NCBI GenBank assembly: GCA_977862235.1
Contig: OZ374557.1
Location: 2,542,001 to 2,606,000 of the forward strand
Length of the DNA stretch: 64,000 nucleotides
Reading direction: 5' to 3'
Source of the DNA: Dudresnaya verticillata
Taxonomy: Eukaryota
The stretch's first letter is position 1. The number at the start of each line of letters is the position of its first letter. The notes under the pieces are model-generated. The model searched no databases. It saw only the letters and a program-made list of their open reading frames with translations, and had not been told where the DNA came from. The translations under genes were made by a program, and so were the position numbers. This document shows, piece after piece, positions 11,804 to 22,489 of the stretch.

Positions 11804-13610
11804 ATCATCGATGTCACCTCGACCGTTTCTGTATCCACGCTCGGTGTTTTAGCCACGGTTTACGCGGTTCTTGCTGTACCCATGGTCATCATTGTAGCCA
11901 CACGTGGCTACAATGATGACCATGGGTACACCACCGTTGTTGTAACCCTCTTTGCCGTCGTCACTACTACCACGCCCACGCCCTCGCCCTCGGCCACGCC
12001 CTCAATCACGACCGCGTCCACGGTCACGCTTACGCCCACGCCCACGATAAACGCCATAGTTTTCTCAATTGTGCTTATCAATTCTTCCATCTGCCTTGAG
12101 CATGTTCTTGAAAGGGAATGTATTGTAGTTCATAACCTGGCGGAAAGTCGTAGGGTTGCTCTTGTTTACAAATACGTCTTCTTCCCTCTGATGCGGCTTA
12201 GAAGAAGGTGCCATTGCAGGGCGATCTTGAACATCAGATGACTTCGGCACCTGAACCCTTGGTGCTTGGGTTTGGATATGGTTACGATCTTGTGCGTGAG
12301 ATCGCACCTGAAGCGTTTCCTGCATCGCAGCGGCCCCCTTGCGGTATGCTTGCTGCAGTGTAGCTTGAAAACGAGTAGCATTAGCGGCATCGTTCATTGC
12401 AGAGTTGTGCGCAAAATGCAGCGCAGCAACTTCTTAAATTCCTTGGTTTCCTCCAACAGCGGTAGATATCCATGGAACGATGAGCGGGTTTGTGGCTGTG
12501 AGTGCCGGAACGCCTAGTAGGGATTGCTGAGTTTGCGGTGTATAGTTAGTCAGCGGAACGATCGTTTGGGCCCGATCGCGATGTAGAAACGCGCCCGAAG
12601 GGGTTCCGACGATCGGCGTATTAGTAATGAAGGCGTTGCCAGGGGTTGGTCCGACAAGAGGGCCAATAGATGGGATGAGGGCACCGGAAGCGTTGGATCC
12701 AGTAATGGGAACACCATTAACGCCAGTGCCGCTACCGTAGATGTAGTTTGGCTGCTTGGCGCGCACGCTATGAAGGCGTTCGCATGCGAGATGAGGGTGT
12801 GTGTAGAAGCGCGGGTTGTGAGAGAGGAGGGAGGATGTGCGAAGCGGGAGTCAAGGTGCCGAGGTGTGTGTGCGGGGGTGGGTGGGCGGGCGGGCGGGGC
12901 ATTGGCGGGCGGGGGTGTGAGCGGCGTACGGATATTGGGAAAAGCGCAGATCTGGGCTCTATGCGAAAGCGCGCGGCGGCCCACCCAGCTCGAACCGCGT
13001 TTGGCTCTTTTGGCGCGCTTTGTCCGCCCGCGCGCCAGACGTCACGCGTTACGCCGGCAGAGCGGCCGCGCACTGCACCCACACCCACCTACAGCCAAAG
13101 TGGGTGTGGGTTCTTACGCGAAATGGGTGGGTACCCAATGATTAACCACCAAGTGTGAATTCGTGAGTACGGAATGCAATGATTGGCTGCCTCGTTCTCT
13201 CGCGACTTCGTGAGTATGCGCGACGTGGCCCGATTTATTCGTGAGTACGGATCACGCTGATTGGCTACCAGGCGATATGATACACACCCACCCCACCATG
13301 GGTGTGGCGGTCCAGAGCCCCCTTTTCTGGGAAATTGTACGGAATATCTTGTTAATTTTCGGACAATCTGGAAAACAAGCAGCATTTGAAGTGATGCGAT
13401 TGCTACTCGAGGACCTGCTTTTCGAGCTCTCTGGAACGCGGAACGCAGGCGACACACACTCACCTGCGCTATCGAACGGCGCCGTTGCTTCTCGTTCTTC
13501 TTTCCCGATCAGTGAAGTGCACTTCCCGCTCCAACCTCTCATGACCTAGCCCAAAATCTGGAACCGAGTCTTCCTACTCAACTGCGATTAGGCCCATCAC
13601 CATCGCGCGG

Positions 13611-16600
13611 ATGGTATCTCTTTCGGATCTACTCGCCGTCGTAGTCAAGTCAGACGAGCACCAGGCTTCGGCTGCGGCTCAGCCGCCGCCGCTGGCCGAC
13701 ATTCTTCTTCCCCCAGTTCGGCCCGTGAGGTCTACTCCGTATCTTCGTTACGTCCTGCGCGAGCTCGGAGAGGCGACAGGCACATCGCCGACCTCGCCGC
13801 CTCAAACTCCCACCGCAGGAACCCTAGCAAGACCTTCTCGTCGAGGCAACCAGACTCTCCCTCTCCAACGCCTCCTGGGCGATCTTGGGCCAGAGGCTAC
13901 TGACCCAACCAACATGCTGTCGTTGGCCAGCACTCTTGCTCACTTCGGTCGCCCTTCAGAGGCAGCTGTTGCATCTGCTTTATTGTTCTTGACGACGAGG
14001 TGTCCGAAAGAAACTGGTACGGTCGATAGCCGCACCTTATTTGAGTTGTTCACTCTATTTTGTGCAGATCCGGAGAATCCTGCACTTCACCCAGCTGTAC
14101 AGCGTGCTGTTTCCAGCTCCAGTACAGCCGCAACCAGCTGGCGTCCGGACGTGCTCGTTCAAGCTGTGTGTACAGTGGCGACGCAGTTCAACGCACCTAT
14201 AGACTGGCGACTTGTGGTCCGGTCATTGGATGTATCAGGATTGGAAAAGCGACTATCGCAGTCTGCATTTGTTGAGATTGCGAGGGCATACGTGTCGGGA
14301 TCGGGCGGAACTATTCTTCCGGCTGATTGCGTTTTAGATGCGTGGGTGCATCGCTCCGCTCAGCTATGTATTATCTCCCGTGCTTTGGCGTCACCTGACT
14401 GCATTGACTGGAACGTCTTGGACCCATTTGAGGGTGCTACAGAGAAAGATGTCGCAAGTCCGTGTTCTAGAGTTGCGCTCATTGAGAAATTGGTTGAACT
14501 GAACGCTGCTGAGTTGCTAGACATGTTGGTTGGCAAGGAACCAGACCTGGTTCTATTGTCTCTGACGTCCGCAAATCCGAGAAACAATTCAAGTGTACAG
14601 CAGAAGCTAATCGTCAAGCTGTTGAACCCGCTCATCTCCAGCTTCCCACGAAACGAGAAAACCTTACGTCAGATGTGGGCTGTTGCTCCAGATCTTGTTG
14701 AGTCAGCGATTCGGTCTCAATGGAAGGCAGACTCCGCAACTCTGAAAGTTGCACTCGTAATTGCTATGAGACTGGGAGTTATGAACGAGTTGCTTAACTC
14801 TGGTACGTCGATAGAATTTTCTGTCGAGCTAGCTATGTTGGCTTATCTCGAGGGCATTCATAATTTGGAGAAGTGGTTATTGGAATGCCTTCGCTCGCGC
14901 GGACCGGACGCCATCACAAAGATAGCCACACATTTGACGACAAAAGCGCAAGCTGTGGGTGGGAATGCTATTTCCTGCTTCTCATTGGACGCCGTGCGAG
15001 TTGTGCTGCGATGCTTGTTGTCATGTGTGGTTCGAAAGAGTGAGGACCTGGAGTACCATGAAGCTTTGGCCGCGGTATCTGAGTGTCACCAGGCCTTGAC
15101 ACATGTGAACCCGCGGATAGGGGATCCCCTGGGAACCTCTGACATCGGTGATCGGAAGGTACTCGTAGGTAGCATGCTTGCTGGCAACGTGGGCGCAGGC
15201 AATCGAGTGCGGACAGAAACGAGTGCATCTCCACCGATTACTACGGATGAACGTGTGTCAGATGCAGCAGCGACGGCGACAGTTTTGTGCATGTCAGCAC
15301 CATTACCATCAACCACTGGTCCCGTCAGTTTCCCTAGCGAAATTGAGCGTGAAGCGAGTTTGTTCTTCGAAAACCTCTACACGTTAGAGATTCCTACGGA
15401 GAAGGCGGTTGAAGCACTACGGGCATTGAAGGACTGTGGAAGCGAGTATCGCTCTAGGCTCTTTTACTGTATGATGTACTCCCTTTTTGACGAGTATCGC
15501 TTCTTCAAGAAATACCCTGAACGCGAGCTGGAAATGACTGGCCATCTCTTCGGGGCTATCGTGAAAGAGAACATTCTCCCTCCGGAGCTCCAAGGTCTTG
15601 CCGTCAGGGTGGTACTAGATTCCCTCAAGGCTGTGGAAGCACACCCCGGGCATGTGGGCCGATTGGCGTTGTTCGGTATGTTTGCACTAGAACGCTTTGT
15701 TGAATGCCTGAAGGAGATGCCGTACTTCTGCAGCGAGGTGGTGAAGATACCGCGATTAGCAGAGATCAGGCCTTTTATCATCGGTGAAGTAAGACGAGCG
15801 CTGGAGATATACAGGGGACCAGTTCCTTCCACGACCGAGAAGGCAATTGGCATCGGTATTGGTCAAGTGGAAAATTCCGACAGGGAGCTTACTTCCGAAG
15901 GGGCTGCACCTCCTGCTGCAGTCCGGGATACTTCTGCAGATGCAAAGGCTGTAATTCAGTTGACTGCCTCCCCACCAGCCCTGACTGACGGCTTGCCCGT
16001 AAGGGATATTTCTTTTGCTTCCGGCTTACGTCCTTCACCGTCGATGAGCTTGGATGGGTCGCTAATGGCCTCTCCGACTAACTTGACCGTGTTGTTGGGA
16101 ATGACAGTAGAGGAAGCCAGGCAGGTTGTTGCTCCGGATGTCACGATTCAGGACAAGATCAAGTTTATCTTCAACAATCTCTCTCACTCTACCATGGATG
16201 ACAAGGTGAAGGAAATCTTGGAGATTCTGGATGCACAGTACCATCGTTTCTTTTGCGTATACGTGGTAGTGAAGCGAGCCTCGAGTGAGACAAACTTTCA
16301 TCACCTGTACTTAACTTTGCTGGAGCGGATGGCATCAGAGGTACCGTTCTTGTTCCCAATGGTTTTCGATACATCCTACAAGAGGATACGGGTGCTTCTT
16401 CGGTCGGAGAAGATTGTATCTATACCTACTGAGCGTATGGTCTTGAAAAGTCTTGGCAGTTGGATCGGGGCTCTAACTCTAGCTCGAAACCAGCCAATTC
16501 TCAGACGAGATCTTGACCTGAAGGAACTCCTGATGGATGCATATTCGAAGGGTCGGCTAATAGCAGTGGTTCCGTTTGTTTCGAAGGTTTTAGAATCCTC

Positions 16601-19600
16601 TCAGCGATCAAGAGTATTTAAGACGACGAATCCGTGGATTCGAGGACTGTTGAATCTCATGAAAGAGATATATTGTGTACCGGATTTGAAACTGAACATG
16701 AAGTTTGAACTGCAATTGTTATGCAAGAGTTTGAATATTGATGTTCAAGATGTATTGCCATCTGATCTTCTACGAGATCGTCCTGCTCCGGATAAGAACA
16801 GTAATGCTGATTTCAACATCAAGAAACCAGCAAATGCATCCCCCATCCGGTCATCGCCGTCTCCAGCAACTTCACCGTCTCCAGACCTTCATCTAACGTA
16901 TGCTCAAACTGGGGCTGGCAGTCGAGTTGGCATACCGATGTTTTCCCTTGCGGACGCACAGGCCAGTACATCGGCATTACCACCCGTTACTACCTCCGGA
17001 GGCCATGGTGCGACGTCAGGCAGATTCGATGCAACTGGGAACGTTATGTCTGGCAACATAGTGATCGGGCAGGACTCTGTTGAAGACTTGAGTAGTATAC
17101 TGGTTAGTGCATCAATTCCTGTCGGGGGCACCGGCACCGCGCAGATCCCCAGAAGCACGCTGCAGGCAGGAAGCAGTATATCTTCCAGCACGTTACAGCC
17201 CTCGGCAGCGTCCCAGCGCCAAGGAAATGCCTTGCCGGCTGAACCCGCTTTGGTTCCGAACCTTGCCCAGTACATCACCATCAGTCCTACGCTTGTTTTG
17301 TTCCAGACAAACCCGCATCTGAAGCGCATATTGCCTTTCGCAATTGATCGGGCCATCAAAGAAATTATCCAACCAGTTGTTGAACGAAGCTGTGCGATTG
17401 CTTTCCTCACAACGAAAGAGCTCACGCTGAAAGATTTTGCCAACGAGTCGGATACTACGAAAGTACGAAGGGCTGCGTTGCAGATGGTTCAACAGCTTGC
17501 TGGTTCTTTAGCATTGGTGACTTCCAAGGAGCCGCTTCGTGTATCTATGGGTAACCAACTCCGCTCAATTCTGAGTCCGGTTGCCGGTGACCAGACCCTC
17601 GTCGAGCAAACTTCACAAGTGATTTCTGCGGCAAACTTGGAAGTTGGATGTGCCGTAATTGAGCGACATGCAAAGGAGAAGGCAGCTCGAGATTTGAATG
17701 AAAAGATTGCACCGGCTTTTGCCTCTCGAAGACCACAGCAATCGTCTCACGCCATTGGGCTGCCCCCAGGTCCGGAAGTTTTACGGGTTTACGACGAATT
17801 TTCTCGGATACCTCGATTAGGAACTACTCCTCTTCAACAGCACACAAGCGGCCAACGCCCCGTGCTCGCTCCATCGCTCTCAGCCCGCCTATCTGTGAAT
17901 CCCTCTCATCAAGGCTCTGCCCCGAGCAACGCCCGCAGTCATCCATCCAATGGCATCACTCCATCGACTGATCATCGTCAAAACGATGCTCCTCCGGGGG
18001 ACACCGCGGTCCCCGAGCCTCGAGCCGGATCTCTTCGATTGTCACGGGGTAAGAATACCCCCATTGGCCCAAACGAACGCTCATTGCAAGCTGGGTCACC
18101 GGGCAAGAGAGCGTTTCACAGAACGAACAGTTTGTCCGATTCTCGACCATCGTCAGCCTTGTGTGGAACTGTACCAACTGTCATGGCTAGTGCTGCTGAT
18201 TTTTCTTCTGCCTTGCTGACGGCTGCGGGATCTCCAAACGGGTCTAGTTCGAATGCTCATGGGTCAATGACGAGTGGATCGGCATCCATTGTCAATGTGG
18301 AAGATGAGGTGCTGTCAACTCAGCAAGTCCTTATAAGATTTAATTCCATTTATCCGCGACTTACCGCTCTTGTTAGGGAGATTGGGTCTGCGTCGACCTC
18401 GGAGGAAACTGTACTATCAGAAGTCCCCGCAGATCATGATATTCATAAACTATGGGTATTAATCCCATCTGCAGTGAAGAGATCAGTGACGGCTGACGAA
18501 GCGGGAATGGCCGTTGCTCAGAAAGTGTTTAAGGGCTTGTTCGAAGGTGAGGACTCCAACCTGAATCGCGAGATCCATGTTTTGCTTCTGGAGGGCTTGA
18601 GGGAAAGCTGCCGTCGTCTGTCCAAGGAATTGGTATCCTGGCTCGCATACTCTGAAGAGCACAAGAAGCTTCATAGGGAATGCATTGTTGCTTTATTGAA
18701 GCCTGGTTCACTGCTGAACATAACTAATTACGACGAGTTGCTGTCAAAGACAATTGACAACGGAAGGAATATGAATGCCTTAGAGTTTGCGTGCTTTCTG
18801 GTTCGTAGAGCGGTTATTCACGAACCGCTTGCAACGGCTGCTGAGCTGTATCTGACCCTCGAGGCAATAGGCAAAGTTGGGAGACGTACCGACGCCCCAA
18901 GTATTCGCTCCGCTCCGGAGGGCTTGTTGGCGTTAGTGCTGGAGAGTCGGAGGGTTGTGCACAACCCACCAGAAGTAGTTACGGGAAGCAACAACAACGA
19001 GACGCACCATAGCTCAGGGCCAAAACAACATAAGGAAATGGTGAATGTGGATCCCCCAGGAACCCGTGAGACCGTTGCTAATTGCTTGAGTGAGTGGCAG
19101 CGCATCCTGGTCTCTGATTTACCACACAGGCCAGCTCCAGACCATCTGGCCATGCAGTTTCTGTCACAAATACGCGGGGGACTTCTTGCAACTCCGGAAG
19201 ATATTGAGCGAGTTTTCAGGACAACAGTGGACCTAGTCTGCAGTGTTACGGCGACAGCGCTTCGGAGCTCGAGAACAGGTGCCCCAAGAGATATTGCAAG
19301 CGCCCCATACTCGGCGGTAGATTCTACTGTACGCCTTGTCGGGGCGCTATGCCGGACGGAGTCAGACAATGCATCGGAACGTTCACCCAGAGGTGTGCTG
19401 TTACTCAATCAGTTTCTTTTTGCTGTTGTGAAACACGTGCTAAAGTCCAGTGCGGGGACAGATATGCGACCTCACTTCCGGCTCTTCTCCGGAATTATTG
19501 AAGAGTTGGCCGTGGGTCTCCCAATACCGGACATCTCGGGCACTCAGTTTGGGCCTCTCGAACCAGGAGGGATGCCCTCGACGGATTGGATATTGCCGAA

Positions 19601-20810
19601 CCTAACCAACGAAGCCGAGGCAATGCAGTTTCTAGAAGACGCGAATTCGGGGTTCCTGCACACGGCCAGAGTCATAGCTAGGACCTTCCCGTGTGAAGGA
19701 TGCAATTTAGCATGCATGCAAGTGCTAGGCACGCTTGTGGTTGCACTCTCAAGCTGCTCGCCGCTCATTGTACCGGGCTTCGCCTTTTCTTGGCTGCAAC
19801 TAATCTCCAATAAGGAGTTGATGCCGCGATTACTGATGTCTTCAAATGTCCAAGGAGGTAGCATGTTTTTGCATCTTCTCACCCCAGTCCTAAGGTTCAT
19901 GTCAACGTATCTGAGGGATCCCCTGCCGTCCTTCACGGAAGGGATGAGGATTCTGTACAAGGGGACCCTACGAGTTTTGTTGGTTCTGCTTCACGACTTT
20001 CCAGAGTTTCTGTGCGACTACCATATGGCCGTCGTTGATGTCATTCCACATAACTGTGTTCAGTTGAGGAACATTGTACTAGCCTCCTTTCCAAAGAGCA
20101 TGCGTTTGCCCGACCCCTTCTTGCCTGAACTCAAAGTGGACCAGCTTCCAGAAATGTCTTTACGGCCTCGAATCTTGACGAAATACTTACAGCACTTAGA
20201 AGCATCAGGTCTCAAGGCTGTTTTGGACTGCTTCTTGCAGAATGCCAGTTCTGGCAGAAATGGACCCGCACCAAGGCTTTCAAGTTTCGTGTTTTCAGTG
20301 CGCCCGGGATCCTCTGAGAAGTCATATAGTGTGCCAACTATCGGAGCACTTGTACTATACCTTGGACAGTATGCTGTATCGCAGTTGCAGCCTGGAGCAT
20401 CGCCACTTGTAGACAATCCCGTAACGGACATTGTGCAGTCGCTCACTCGGGAACTTGACCCGGAAGGGCAGTATCATTTGTTCAACGCGATTGCAAATCA
20501 GCTTCGCTATCCCAATTGCCATACATTATACTACAGTCGTTTGATCTTATCACTGTTTCATGGGTCAAGCGAGGAATCAGTCAAGGAACAGATAACCCGG
20601 GTACTGCTGGAGAGGTTGATTGCGAACCGCCCCCACCCATGGGGCCTACTTGTAACATTTGTAGAACTTGTCAAGAATTCTCTGTACAACTTCTGGGATC
20701 ACGCATTCGTGAGATGTGCACCGGAAATTGAAGAGCTTTTTGAGAACGTGGCAAAGGTGTGTATAGGACCGGCGCTGCAGAATCAACAGTCTCTTTCAGC
20801 TTCCTCCTAG
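13611..20810 (+). CDS. CNOT1: CCR4-NOT complex subunit 1 (Not1 scaffold), 2399 aa, single exon
   Basis: Uninterrupted ORF with Not1 signatures: LFDEYRFFKKYPERELEMTGHLFG, IQDKIKFIFNNLS...LKSLGSWIG...PFVSKVL...NPW...LKLNMKFE (CAF1-binding MIF4G region), PVVERSCAIA...KDFA...LAGSLALVTSKEPLR, and C-terminal LLHDFPEFL...QLRN...NQLRYPNCHT...EQITRVLLERLIANRPHPWGLLVTF. Confidence 0.97.
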   Translation: MVSLSDLLAVVVKSDEHQASAAAQPPPLADILLPPVRPVRSTPYLRYVLRELGEATGTSPTSPPQTPTAGTLARPSRRGNQTLPLQRLLGDLGPEATDPTNMLSLASTLAHFGRPSEAAVASALLFLTTRCPKETGTVDSRTLFELFTLFCADPENPALHPAVQRAVSSSSTAATSWRPDVLVQAVCTVATQFNAPIDWRLVVRSLDVSGLEKRLSQSAFVEIARAYVSGSGGTILPADCVLDAWVHRSAQLCIISRALASPDCIDWNVLDPFEGATEKDVASPCSRVALIEKLVELNAAELLDMLVGKEPDLVLLSLTSANPRNNSSVQQKLIVKLLNPLISSFPRNEKTLRQMWAVAPDLVESAIRSQWKADSATLKVALVIAMRLGVMNELLNSGTSIEFSVELAMLAYLEGIHNLEKWLLECLRSRGPDAITKIATHLTTKAQAVGGNAISCFSLDAVRVVLRCLLSCVVRKSEDLEYHEALAAVSECHQALTHVNPRIGDPLGTSDIGDRKVLVGSMLAGNVGAGNRVRTETSASPPITTDERVSDAAATATVLCMSAPLPSTTGPVSFPSEIEREASLFFENLYTLEIPTEKAVEALRALKDCGSEYRSRLFYCMMYSLFDEYRFFKKYPERELEMTGHLFGAIVKENILPPELQGLAVRVVLDSLKAVEAHPGHVGRLALFGMFALERFVECLKEMPYFCSEVVKIPRLAEIRPFIIGEVRRALEIYRGPVPSTTEKAIGIGIGQVENSDRELTSEGAAPPAAVRDTSADAKAVIQLTASPPALTDGLPVRDISFASGLRPSPSMSLDGSLMASPTNLTVLLGMTVEEARQVVAPDVTIQDKIKFIFNNLSHSTMDDKVKEILEILDAQYHRFFCVYVVVKRASSETNFHHLYLTLLERMASEVPFLFPMVFDTSYKRIRVLLRSEKIVSIPTERMVLKSLGSWIGALTLARNQPILRRDLDLKELLMDAYSKGRLIAVVPFVSKVLESSQRSRVFKTTNPWIRGLLNLMKEIYCVPDLKLNMKFELQLLCKSLNIDVQDVLPSDLLRDRPAPDKNSNADFNIKKPANASPIRSSPSPATSPSPDLHLTYAQTGAGSRVGIPMFSLADAQASTSALPPVTTSGGHGATSGRFDATGNVMSGNIVIGQDSVEDLSSILVSASIPVGGTGTAQIPRSTLQAGSSISSSTLQPSAASQRQGNALPAEPALVPNLAQYITISPTLVLFQTNPHLKRILPFAIDRAIKEIIQPVVERSCAIAFLTTKELTLKDFANESDTTKVRRAALQMVQQLAGSLALVTSKEPLRVSMGNQLRSILSPVAGDQTLVEQTSQVISAANLEVGCAVIERHAKEKAARDLNEKIAPAFASRRPQQSSHAIGLPPGPEVLRVYDEFSRIPRLGTTPLQQHTSGQRPVLAPSLSARLSVNPSHQGSAPSNARSHPSNGITPSTDHRQNDAPPGDTAVPEPRAGSLRLSRGKNTPIGPNERSLQAGSPGKRAFHRTNSLSDSRPSSALCGTVPTVMASAADFSSALLTAAGSPNGSSSNAHGSMTSGSASIVNVEDEVLSTQQVLIRFNSIYPRLTALVREIGSASTSEETVLSEVPADHDIHKLWVLIPSAVKRSVTADEAGMAVAQKVFKGLFEGEDSNLNREIHVLLLEGLRESCRRLSKELVSWLAYSEEHKKLHRECIVALLKPGSLLNITNYDELLSKTIDNGRNMNALEFACFLVRRAVIHEPLATAAELYLTLEAIGKVGRRTDAPSIRSAPEGLLALVLESRRVVHNPPEVVTGSNNNETHHSSGPKQHKEMVNVDPPGTRETVANCLSEWQRILVSDLPHRPAPDHLAMQFLSQIRGGLLATPEDIERVFRTTVDLVCSVTATALRSSRTGAPRDIASAPYSAVDSTVRLVGALCRTESDNASERSPRGVLLLNQFLFAVVKHVLKSSAGTDMRPHFRLFSGIIEELAVGLPIPDISGTQFGPLEPGGMPSTDWILPNLTNEAEAMQFLEDANSGFLHTARVIARTFPCEGCNLACMQVLGTLVVALSSCSPLIVPGFAFSWLQLISNKELMPRLLMSSNVQGGSMFLHLLTPVLRFMSTYLRDPLPSFTEGMRILYKGTLRVLLVLLHDFPEFLCDYHMAVVDVIPHNCVQLRNIVLASFPKSMRLPDPFLPELKVDQLPEMSLRPRILTKYLQHLEASGLKAVLDCFLQNASSGRNGPAPRLSSFVFSVRPGSSEKSYSVPTIGALVLYLGQYAVSQLQPGASPLVDNPVTDIVQSLTRELDPEGQYHLFNAIANQLRYPNCHTLYYSRLILSLFHGSSEESVKEQITRVLLERLIANRPHPWGLLVTFVELVKNSLYNFWDHAFVRCAPEIEELFENVAKVCIGPALQNQQSLSASS

Positions 20811-21014
20811 CTGCAATCTATCACAGCTGCAGTGCGCACTTTACCTACACATTTGGTTGCTGCAGATGTAGCAAAAGCTTTTGCCGAGACGAACTATACA
20901 GCAGCGGTTCAGTAAACTGAAGTGACTTAGTCCTCGCAACGCCCCGCCCAGGACTCCTAACAGTCTTACGATGATCGCTGAACTAGTTGCACACCAATAT
21001 TTCCATTTGGCTTA

Positions 21015-21615
21015 GGCTCGGTAATCGAGTCTCGGCGAAGGCCATCACTTGCCTAGATCTGTTCTCGGCAGACACGGTGCATGCCCTTCTGCCGCACTTC
21101 TGCCCATCTCCATAATTCCCCCTCTACTGAAACACAGCAACGCACGGAGTGCCCACTGTAGGAATTTATCATACAGTGTCGTACTCGCGCCGGCAGGCCG
21201 GGCGAGTAACGTGCTTACGTCAGTGGCCCTGGCGGGTGCGCCAGCGCCGATTTCGTCCGGATTGCTCTCCAGCGTATGCCTTAGATTTAATGATATTTTA
21301 GGATGTCAGTTATCAGGGGGGCTTCACCCCTTTGTTTGGCCGCTCTGAGCGACCCCGCCGAGGGTCGGCGGGAGGCGAGAACTCTTTATAAGTCGTCGCT
21401 CACTCGAGTGACGGCGGCGGAAGAGGGTACCGATTCACGAGGTAAAAGAAGACTTGTTTCATCTACAGACCTGCCTCCACAGACCTGGTAGCAATACCGC
21501 TGACGTCGCCTGCGCAATTGCGGACTTTAAAGATAAAGTCACTGTAGAGGATGGATTCAGTCCCCGTGTAGGTCACATCGGGTGCGGGCAGAGGGGGGGG
21601 GGAGGATGAGATGGG
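21015..21615 (+). ncRNA. Candidate structured RNA (unassigned) downstream of CNOT1
   Basis: At least nine local hairpins, long-range closing stems, a GCAA tetraloop, and G.U pairs that work only on the + strand. No known family motif recognised. Confidence 0.35.
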
Positions 21616-22489
21616 TCAACATGTGCAACTACAGAGGAGGCAGACGCGGGTAATTGTCGCTGCGCGCTCAAATAAATCGAGTAGGGCACGTTGTGCTGTT
21701 TGGACGTAACGCTTCGTAACGCTCTCGCCCTTGAAATGCATTATAATTATACACCAAGGACCCTTCCGCTTATTGGAGAGTACGATTATGCGCGAGCGGC
21801 ATATGAAGCACTTCGACACTTGCGAGCATTTCGCCTGGCGGGAAAGTTCCCTACTGTGAATCTTCGCGTAAAAACAGCTTTGTATGAAGACATTGGCCCT
21901 GGACCGCCACACCCACGGTGCGGTGGGTGTGTATCATATCGCTCGATAGCCAATCAGCGGCGTCCGTACTCACGAATAAATTGGGCCACGTCGCGCATAC
22001 TCACGCCGTCGCGAGAGAACGCGGTAGCCAATCGGTGCGTTCCGTACTCACGGATTTACACTTGGCGGTTGATCATTAGGTACCCACCCATCTCGCGTAA
22101 GAACCCACACCCACTTTGGGTGTAGGTGAGTGTGGGCGCAGAGCGCCGCGCCGCGACGTAACGCGTAACGCCTGGCGCGCCGGCGGACAAAGCGCGCCAA
22201 AACAACCAAGCGCGATTCCGGCTCGGCGCGCCGCCGCCCGCCACACGTGCCCGCGCGCTTCCGCATAGATACCGGATCTCTCTTTTTCGCAATATCCGTG
22301 CGCCGCTCATGCGATCATAGCCCGCGCTCCCGCCCACGCCCGCCCGCCCGCCCACCCCAGAACCCGCACCTCAACGCTTAACAGTGGCCTTCCCTCTCGC
22401 TTCGGACATCCTCCCCCTCCTCCCTCACTACCAGCGCTTCTACCCACATCTCCTTCTCCGCATGCGAACGCCTCCGTACCGTGCTTGTG

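Larger units (their letters stand above)
10543..13319 (-). mobile_element. Partial Mutator-like element, copy A (one TIR plus 5' half of cargo ORF1)
   Basis: The reverse complement aligns with 21895-23760: TIR GGCTCTGGACCGCCACACCC and peptides QPNYIYG...GALIPSIGPL, FKNMLKADGRIDK, MSQNEREDERR...MERLS. Interrupted by a solo LTR and by gypsy element 1. The other end was not found in the window. Confidence 0.8.

Noticed and set aside
11351..12241. 296-aa hydrophobic V/A/T-rich 'membrane protein' ORF
   Set aside because: It is the opposite-strand shadow of the 18-bp GYN repeat in the MULE cargo ORF and starts inside a solo LTR.
14060..20731. Many small ORFs overlapping CNOT1
   Set aside because: Alternative-frame or antisense shadows of a long real CDS.
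21310..21570. RNase MRP-like words GGGGCTT and AGTCCCC
   Set aside because: They occur in the wrong order for the P4 pseudoknot on either strand, so no MRP call was made.
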